From the IMG/VR virus record IMGVR_UViG_3300007276_000003, positions 1 to 61,021 of that record: a stretch of DNA of 61,021 nt, one strand, 5' to 3'. A model generated the notes under the pieces. It searched no databases and was not told the origin of the DNA. It worked only from the letters and a program-made list of their open reading frames with translations. The translations under genes were made by a program, and so were the position numbers. The DNA comes from a virus. Its lineage: Duplodnaviria; Caudoviricetes. Within the stretch, counting starts at the first letter, position 1. Each line of letters begins with the position of its first letter. Positions 54,984-61,021 of the stretch are shown here, piece by piece.

Positions 54984-55260
54984 TGTTTATGTAGACAAAG
55001 TCTGCTACATCTTTGGAATAGAAAAGGAAATGCTTTTTACTAAAACAAAACGAAGAGATGTAGTAGATGCAAGGCAGTTACTTTATTACTTATGTTCTGA
55101 AAGACCTATGCGATTAGTATATATACAAGAGTATATGGCAGAGAATGGTTACGAAATAAATCATAGTTCAATTCATCACGGAATCGCACAAGTAAAAGAT
55201 AAACTGTTAACCGATAAAGATTACATAGAAACTTTAGAGTCTATCACGAATGAAGCATAG
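54964..55260 (+). CDS. DnaA C-terminal-like HTH protein
   Basis: KRRDVVDARQLLYYLC...NHSSIHHG resembles DnaA domain IV. Confidence 0.75.
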   Translation: MKTKIFNVYVDKVCYIFGIEKEMLFTKTKRRDVVDARQLLYYLCSERPMRLVYIQEYMAENGYEINHSSIHHGIAQVKDKLLTDKDYIETLESITNEA

Positions 55261-55708
55261 CCTCGAACAAGTATTTCAGCAGTCTAAACTTGATGACTAT
55301 GCCGTTACTTTAGATGGTGATGGATATGAGTCTAGGATGGTCTATGGAATTAAGATAGTTCGTGACAATGAAACCAAATCTATTCAACTATTAAATACTA
55401 TGGTTGGTGGCGATTATTACAGAGAACTACCCCACAATCAGTTGGAGGTTTTTTTAGATAAAGGTTGGAGAATTGGAGTTTATGTTGTAGCTTTGTCTAA
55501 CTATCGTTCAAAACTTATTCTTATTGAACAGAAAATTCATAGAGTAATGAACGGTAATAAATCAGAGAAGCAGATAAAATCCTTGAAAGGTCAACGGACT
55601 AGGATAATGAATCAGTACACAGAAATTAATCAGAAGTTTAATCAATTAAATTTAAATCAAAATGGCAACGAAGTCAACAACAACAAAGAGGAAGCAGACA
55701 ACCTTTGA
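55250..55708 (+). CDS. Hypothetical protein
   Basis: ORF in operon context. Confidence 0.55.
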   Translation: MKHSLEQVFQQSKLDDYAVTLDGDGYESRMVYGIKIVRDNETKSIQLLNTMVGGDYYRELPHNQLEVFLDKGWRIGVYVVALSNYRSKLILIEQKIHRVMNGNKSEKQIKSLKGQRTRIMNQYTEINQKFNQLNLNQNGNEVNNNKEEADNL

Positions 55709-56300
55709 AAAATTATCTGCAGTCAACGTAAACAAATATGTTGAGAAGAAAAACAATCTAACCTACTTGTCTTGGGCATATGCTTGGGCAGAAACTAAGA
55801 AGCATTGTCCTGATGCTAGATATGAAATCTTAGACACAGAGTATGATGATGCTATAGGTTTTATGTGCCACACACAAGTAACAATTGAAGGAGAAACATT
55901 ATCAATGTGGTTACCTGTAATGGATAGTAAGAATCAAGCAATGAAAAAGCAAATGTATTCTTATACTACAAGGTATGGTGAGAAGCAAGTTGCACAAGCA
56001 ACTACAACAGACATCAATAAAACTATTATGAGATGTCTTACTAAAAACTTAGCAATGTTTGGTCTAGGTATTTATATTTACGCAGGTGAGGATATGCCAA
56101 TGGAAGATGATAAGGTTGTAAAGACTACATCATCAAACGATAAGCCAACATTAGAAGTTGGTGATGCTAAGTGGGATGCAATGGCTAAGTTCTGTACAGA
56201 AAACAAAGCACTTGGCTACAAGAAACTTTGTGATAAGATAGGAACTAAGTATACTCTTAGTGCAGGTGTTAAGAATGAAATTAAAAATCTTATCAAATGA
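55662..56300 (+). CDS. Single-strand annealing protein (Sak/Rad52-like, DUF1071-type)
   Basis: LTYLSWAYAW, MWLPVMD, RCLTKNLAMFGLGIYIYAGED. Confidence 0.88.
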   Translation: MATKSTTTKRKQTTFEKLSAVNVNKYVEKKNNLTYLSWAYAWAETKKHCPDARYEILDTEYDDAIGFMCHTQVTIEGETLSMWLPVMDSKNQAMKKQMYSYTTRYGEKQVAQATTTDINKTIMRCLTKNLAMFGLGIYIYAGEDMPMEDDKVVKTTSSNDKPTLEVGDAKWDAMAKFCTENKALGYKKLCDKIGTKYTLSAGVKNEIKNLIK

Positions 56301-57019
56301 AAGAAGTAATAGAAAAACTAAAAGATGATGTTCAATATTACGGTAGTTTTGGTAAGCAGTATTTATCAAACTCTGATATTGGAACTCTATTAAATAATCC
56401 TAGAGAGTTTAGACAACCTCAGGATGATAACGTAAACTTTCATAAAGGTAGATACTTTCATCAGCTTATTCTTGAGCCTGAGAAAGCAAAAGAAACTAAG
56501 TTCATAGAAGTATCATCTAGAAATACTAAAGCATATAAAGAACAGGCAACTAATGGAATCATTATGCTTCGTAAAGAAGGTATTGAAATTGAAGAGTGTG
56601 TTCAAGCTATGATGGGTAACCTTCCATTCTTTGAAGGTATCAGAGAAGAAGGTAGTGAATATGAAGTACCTGCAGTAAAAGAAATACACGGTTTTACTTG
56701 GAAAGGAAAGGCAGATATTGTTTGTCCTAATCAATTAATTGATTTGAAAACGACAGGTTCAATCTCAGATTTTAAGTGGTCAGCACGAAAATATAATTAC
56801 GACAGTCAATGTTTTATATATCAGCAGTTGTTTGGTAAGCCATTAGTATTTTATGTGGTTGATAAAACATCTAAGCAACTAGGTATATTTAAGCCATCAC
56901 AAGACTTCATTGATAGAGGTGAACAAAAAGTAATCAAGGCATTAGAAGTGTATAAGAATTTCTTTGGAGATAATCCTAAGTATGATATAAATGAATACTA
57001 TGTTGAAGAGATTCTTTAA
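56297..57019 (+). CDS. PD-(D/E)XK exonuclease (RecE/DUF3799-like)
   Basis: LSNSDI, KGKAD, IDLKTT, YNYDSQ. Confidence 0.82.
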   Translation: MKEVIEKLKDDVQYYGSFGKQYLSNSDIGTLLNNPREFRQPQDDNVNFHKGRYFHQLILEPEKAKETKFIEVSSRNTKAYKEQATNGIIMLRKEGIEIEECVQAMMGNLPFFEGIREEGSEYEVPAVKEIHGFTWKGKADIVCPNQLIDLKTTGSISDFKWSARKYNYDSQCFIYQQLFGKPLVFYVVDKTSKQLGIFKPSQDFIDRGEQKVIKALEVYKNFFGDNPKYDINEYYVEEIL

Positions 57020-57143
57020 TAAGGTAACTAAAAGACAAGTGTTATGGTTTCAAGTTCCAATGAACTGTAAGACTCGTAGAGAAAAGGATTTCCTAATCTC
57101 AGATTTATTAAATCAATTGGAGCAAAAAATTAAAATCAAGTAA
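57000..57143 (+). CDS. 47-aa hypothetical protein, not in ORF track
   Basis: MLKRFFNKVTKRQVLWFQVPMNCKTRREKDFLISDLLNQLEQKIKIK fills the gap. Confidence 0.45.
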   Translation: MLKRFFNKVTKRQVLWFQVPMNCKTRREKDFLISDLLNQLEQKIKIK

Positions 57144-57145
57144 AA

Positions 57146-57421
57146 ATGGCAGAAGAAAAAATCTTTGCAGATGGTTTCTCATTTAAGAGAAACGACAACG
57201 CACCCGAATTTGTGGTGGGTAAAATGTCCATCAAGATGGATGAAGCTATAGCTTTTGTAAAAGCTAACGCAAAAAATGGTTGGGTAAACCTAGATATTAA
57301 ACAAGCAAAAGGAGGAAACTACTATTGCGAGTTGGATACTTGGGTAGCAAAACCAAAGTCAGAACCAAAAGCTGAACCTGTTCAAGCAGATACATCTAGT
57401 GGTGAAGACTTACCATTTTAA
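57146..57421 (+). CDS. Putative single-stranded DNA-binding protein
   Basis: Small beta domain with an acidic tail ending EDLPF. Confidence 0.65.
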   Translation: MAEEKIFADGFSFKRNDNAPEFVVGKMSIKMDEAIAFVKANAKNGWVNLDIKQAKGGNYYCELDTWVAKPKSEPKAEPVQADTSSGEDLPF

Positions 57422-57442
57422 TAATTGTTTTGTGTGTGAATT

Positions 57443-57470
57443 GGGGAAGGATTTACCTTCCCCTTTTTTT
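57443..57470 (+). terminator. Rho-independent terminator
   Basis: GGGGAAGG-ATTTA-CCTTCCCC followed by T7. Confidence 0.85.
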
Positions 57471-57478
57471 ACTCAAGC

Positions 57479-57638
57479 AATGTCAATAATTATGTTAATA
57501 TATAAATCTATATAATACTTTATATAATTTTTTTTCTTCCTGTATTACGAGAAAAAAATCAGCATAATCGACATAAGACTGATAATCAATAAGTTACAAA
57601 ATCAAAATCGACATAAAACCGACATAAAAATGACATCA
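57479..57638 (+). repeat. Iteron-like array B, candidate replication origin
   Basis: AT-rich tract, then AATCGACATA-type repeats around TGATAATCAATAAGTTA, running into the primase start. Confidence 0.7.
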
Positions 57639-60047
57639 AAAGTTACAATCTTTCAAAACATTAAAGAAACTGATACACCTTTCCATAGAGAAGTAGGTGT
57701 TATACTTGAGAGAATAAAGAATGGTTCATCTAAAAAATTGGTGAAGAACATTCGGACTACCAAAGATAAAAACGAAAGAAACGAACTCAAGAAAAAACTA
57801 CCTGCCTTATGTTTCTCAGGTGTATTCAATAAAAGAAAAGACTCAGCATTGGTTGAGCATTCAGGTCTAATATGCTTAGACTTTGATGGATACGAAAAAC
57901 AAAAGTTACTATTAGAACATAAAGAAAAACTTACAAAGGATTCTTATGTGTATTCTGTATTCATATCACCATCAGGTAATGGATTAAAAGTATTAGTAAA
58001 GATACCTGCCAACCCTGACAATCACGTTAACTACTTCAACTCATTAGAAAAATACTTTGACTCACCATACTTTGATAAGATGTGTAAGAATGTATCAAGA
58101 GTATGTTACGAATCTTATGACCCATTAATTTATACAAACGAGAACTCAAAACTATGGGATACCATATCAGAAAAAGAATACAATGAAGTTGATTCATATC
58201 AAGACCCACCAACCATACCAATCACAGATGAGAATAAAGTGGTGGATATTCTAGTAAAGTGGTGGGCAAAAAAATATCCTATGGTTGAGGGACAAAGAAA
58301 CCAAAACTGTTTTGTTCTTGCTATGGCTTTTAATGATTATGGAATAAACAAATCTTTAGCAGGTTATGTATTAAATAACTATGCTACCAAATCATTTAAT
58401 CAGGCTGAGATTACAAGAACAATTGATTCAGCTTATGCTAATACTCAGAACTTTAATACAAAGTATTATGAGGATGATGAAAAGGTTCAATCAATAAAAG
58501 ATAAAATAAGGAGGGGTGTATCAAAAAAAGAAATACGTCACCAACTAAACGAGGCAGGGGTTGATGGCGAAGCTATTACATCTGTCATATCTAGGATTGA
58601 AAAGGAACAATCTAAACAAACCTTTTGGGAAAAGAATGAGAAAGGAACTATAAAGATTATACATTTTTCTTTTAAGAAATTCTTAGAAGAGAATGGATTT
58701 TACAAGTACTGTCCTGAAGGAGGTAAGAACTATGTGTTTGTAAAGGTTACCAATAATCTTATTGACCATACTTCTGAAAAAGAAATCAAAGACTTTATAT
58801 TAAACTACCTACAAGAGGTTGATGATTTAAGTATATACAATCACTTTGCAGACCACGTTAGGTACTTTCGTGAGGAGTTCCTTACCCTACTATCAACTAT
58901 AGATATTTACTTCATTGAGGACTCTAAGGATTCGGCTTACTTATATTATCAAAACTGTGCAGTAAGAATATCTAAAGATTTAATAGAACCGATAGACTAT
59001 TTAGATTTAGGTGGATACGTTTGGAAAGACCATATTATAAATAGAAAGTTTAAAGTATGTGATGAACATCAATGTGACTTCTCAAAATTTATAGGCAACA
59101 TATGTGGTAATGATGAGGCAAGAATTAAAACCCTTGAATCTACCATAGGATTTATGATGCACGGTTACAAAAACCTAAGCTATTGCCCTGCAGTTATTTT
59201 AAATGATGAGGTTATATCTGATAATCCTGAAGGTGGTACAGGTAAAGGCTTGTTTATGAATGCACTTAGTCAAATGAAAAAGTTAGTAGTCATAGATGGT
59301 AAAGCTTTTGCTTTTGAGAAATCATTTCCATATCAATTAGTTTCTGCAGATACTCAGATACTATGCTTTGATGATGTGAAGAAACACTTTGACTTTGAGA
59401 GATTGTTTAGTGTGGTAACTGAAGGGTTAACTCTTGAAAAGAAAAACAAAGATGCTATCAAGATACCATTTAGTAAGTCACCTAAGATTGGAATCACAAC
59501 TAACTATGCAATAAAAGGTTCAGGTAATTCTTTTGCTCGTAGAAAATGGGAGATTGAACTTCACCAATACTATACCAAAACATATACACCAATGGATGAG
59601 TTCGGTAAACACTTCTTTGCTGAATGGGATGAAGATGAATGGTGTTTGTTTGACAACTTTATGACTTCTTGTTTGCAAGATTACCTGAGTACAGGTTTAG
59701 TTAAGAGTAAGTTTGTCAACCTACAAATTAGACAGTTGTCAGCAGAAACTTCACACGACTTTATTGAGTGGTGTGGACTAGTACAAGGTCATAAGAAAAA
59801 TGAAATTATTAAAATAAATGAAAGGTTAATAAAGCAAGACTTATACTTTGAATTTATATCTGAGTATCCTGACTATGGTCCAAAAGCTAAGATGACTATT
59901 AGTAGAACTAGATTTTACAGATGGCTTGTAGCTTATGGTACTCACCTTACAGGAATAAAACCTGAGGAAGGAAGAGATATGTCAGGAAGATGGATTAGAA
60001 TTAGACCCAAGCACGAAGCAGAAACACAAGCGAACTTGGAACTATGA
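57630..60047 (+). CDS. Primase-helicase (BT4734/VirE-N-like primase, PriCT-like linker, P-loop helicase)
   Basis: ICLDFD, FISPSGNGLK, GQRNQ, Walker A GGTGKG, CFDD, ITTN. Confidence 0.85.
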   Translation: MTSKVTIFQNIKETDTPFHREVGVILERIKNGSSKKLVKNIRTTKDKNERNELKKKLPALCFSGVFNKRKDSALVEHSGLICLDFDGYEKQKLLLEHKEKLTKDSYVYSVFISPSGNGLKVLVKIPANPDNHVNYFNSLEKYFDSPYFDKMCKNVSRVCYESYDPLIYTNENSKLWDTISEKEYNEVDSYQDPPTIPITDENKVVDILVKWWAKKYPMVEGQRNQNCFVLAMAFNDYGINKSLAGYVLNNYATKSFNQAEITRTIDSAYANTQNFNTKYYEDDEKVQSIKDKIRRGVSKKEIRHQLNEAGVDGEAITSVISRIEKEQSKQTFWEKNEKGTIKIIHFSFKKFLEENGFYKYCPEGGKNYVFVKVTNNLIDHTSEKEIKDFILNYLQEVDDLSIYNHFADHVRYFREEFLTLLSTIDIYFIEDSKDSAYLYYQNCAVRISKDLIEPIDYLDLGGYVWKDHIINRKFKVCDEHQCDFSKFIGNICGNDEARIKTLESTIGFMMHGYKNLSYCPAVILNDEVISDNPEGGTGKGLFMNALSQMKKLVVIDGKAFAFEKSFPYQLVSADTQILCFDDVKKHFDFERLFSVVTEGLTLEKKNKDAIKIPFSKSPKIGITTNYAIKGSGNSFARRKWEIELHQYYTKTYTPMDEFGKHFFAEWDEDEWCLFDNFMTSCLQDYLSTGLVKSKFVNLQIRQLSAETSHDFIEWCGLVQGHKKNEIIKINERLIKQDLYFEFISEYPDYGPKAKMTISRTRFYRWLVAYGTHLTGIKPEEGRDMSGRWIRIRPKHEAETQANLEL

Positions 60048-60271
60048 CAGAACAAACCTTACACTATGCTATGGTGAACTCCTTTAATATTATAATCCTT
60101 GGTTATGATTGGGAAGAAATTATAGATGGTAGGTATCCATACTTTGCACACAACATTGCAAAGAGAGTTCCAAATAAAAAAGAAATAAATAACATATTAA
60201 AGTACTTCATTGAGGTAGAGGATTATGAAAAATGTATAGCCATAAAAACATATATAAAGGAACAGGGGTAG
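60044..60271 (+). CDS. Hypothetical protein with a UVR-like tail
   Basis: YFIEVEDYEKC. Confidence 0.55.
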   Translation: MTEQTLHYAMVNSFNIIILGYDWEEIIDGRYPYFAHNIAKRVPNKKEINNILKYFIEVEDYEKCIAIKTYIKEQG

Positions 60272-61021
60272 TAGAAAGAACCCTTGGATATTCCAACGAA
60301 CAAATGTATAAACAATGTAAATTGTTTTATGATATAGTATTCAAAACTAAAAAGGTAAAACAAGGAAGGGGAAAGAACGCAAAGTTTGTAGACAAAAGAG
60401 TATATGAAAACGATTATGCGATAGAGGAGAGAGCCTTGAAAAGTTTAGAATATTATAAAATAAAAATGGAAAACGATACAGAAATAAAGTTCAGGGATTA
60501 TCAAAAAAAGATTATAGTAAAAGGTTCAGAGATATTAATATTAAATAATTTTCTGTACCTAACAATGGAAGTAAGAACAGGTAAGACACTAACAAGCTTA
60601 GGTATAGCAAGATTAATGAATAAAAAAAGTGTACTGTTTGTTTCAAAAAAGAAAGCACTTAGTAGTATCAATGATGATTACCTTGCGTTGAAACCTGACT
60701 ATGACATTACTATAATTAATTATGAATCCTTACATAAGATTGAAACTAATGATTTTGATTTAGTAATCTTAGATGAGGCACATAGTATGGGTGCGTTTCC
60801 TAAACCTAGCAGAAGAGCAAAGCAGGTAAAAGAACTGTTAAGGGTTAACAATCCAAATGTAATTCTTCTTTCAGGTACACCAACCCCTGAATCATACAGT
60901 CAAATGTATCATCAGGTATATGGGATAAAGGGAAATCCCTTTTCCGGCTTTGTAAACTTTTATAAGTTTTCTAAACAGTATGTAAATGTTAAGCAAAGAA
61001 AAATCAATTCTCTTTACATAA
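60232..61021 (+). CDS. SF2 helicase, N-terminal part (continues to 736; about 491 aa in total), not in ORF track
   Basis: FRDYQ, VRTGKT, NYESL, ILDEAH, LSGTP; open frame from ATG 60232 (alternative start 60466). Confidence 0.88.
   Translation, partial: MYSHKNIYKGTGVVERTLGYSNEQMYKQCKLFYDIVFKTKKVKQGRGKNAKFVDKRVYENDYAIEERALKSLEYYKIKMENDTEIKFRDYQKKIIVKGSEILILNNFLYLTMEVRTGKTLTSLGIARLMNKKSVLFVSKKKALSSINDDYLALKPDYDITIINYESLHKIETNDFDLVILDEAHSMGAFPKPSRRAKQVKELLRVNNPNVILLSGTPTPESYSQMYHQVYGIKGNPFSGFVNFYKFSKQYVNVKQRKINSLYI
60972..61021. repeat. Terminal direct repeat, copy 2
   Basis: Identical to 1-50. Confidence 0.95.

Noticed and set aside
1-61021. Stop-codon reassignment or a diversity-generating retroelement
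   Set aside because: Genes are full length under code 11 with all three stop codons in use; no reverse transcriptase or TR/VR pair was seen.

Overview
The window appears to be a complete, circularly permuted, AT-rich dsDNA phage genome. The first 50 nt recur exactly at 60972-61021, giving a 60,971-bp circle, and an SF2 helicase ORF reads through the junction. Many TAnnTTTG (-7) and TTTG (-33) promoter elements point to a Bacteroidota host, probably Flavobacteriia. The minus-strand arm (about 3.2-48.5 kb) holds GroEL/GroES, a cluster of small basic proteins, lysis genes, fibre genes (one collagen-like, one frameshifted), a 2OG-Fe(II) oxygenase, terminase, portal, scaffold, capsid, podovirus-type tail proteins and three putative ejection proteins. 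The plus-strand arm (49.0 kb through the junction to 3.3 kb) holds ArdC-like antirestriction, early hypotheticals, an SSAP/exonuclease/SSB module, a primase-helicase, the SF2 helicase, nucleases and two DnaA-C-like proteins. One tRNA-Arg(UCU) is present; no DNA polymerase, RNA polymerase or integrase was recognised. The best candidate for a new system is the 2899-aa putative ejected polyprotein: a zincin HExxH protease followed by three cargo modules (one a SAM methyltransferase), each bounded by a repeated (R/K)QQK linker that may be a self-cleavage site. Other highlights are face-to-face promoters beside a lone winged-helix gene, twin iteron-like arrays, a G-quadruplex motif at the strand switch, paired 5'-UTR hairpins, and apparent avoidance of CCAG/CTGG, GATC and CATG. 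All family calls come from reading motifs by eye, not from database searches.
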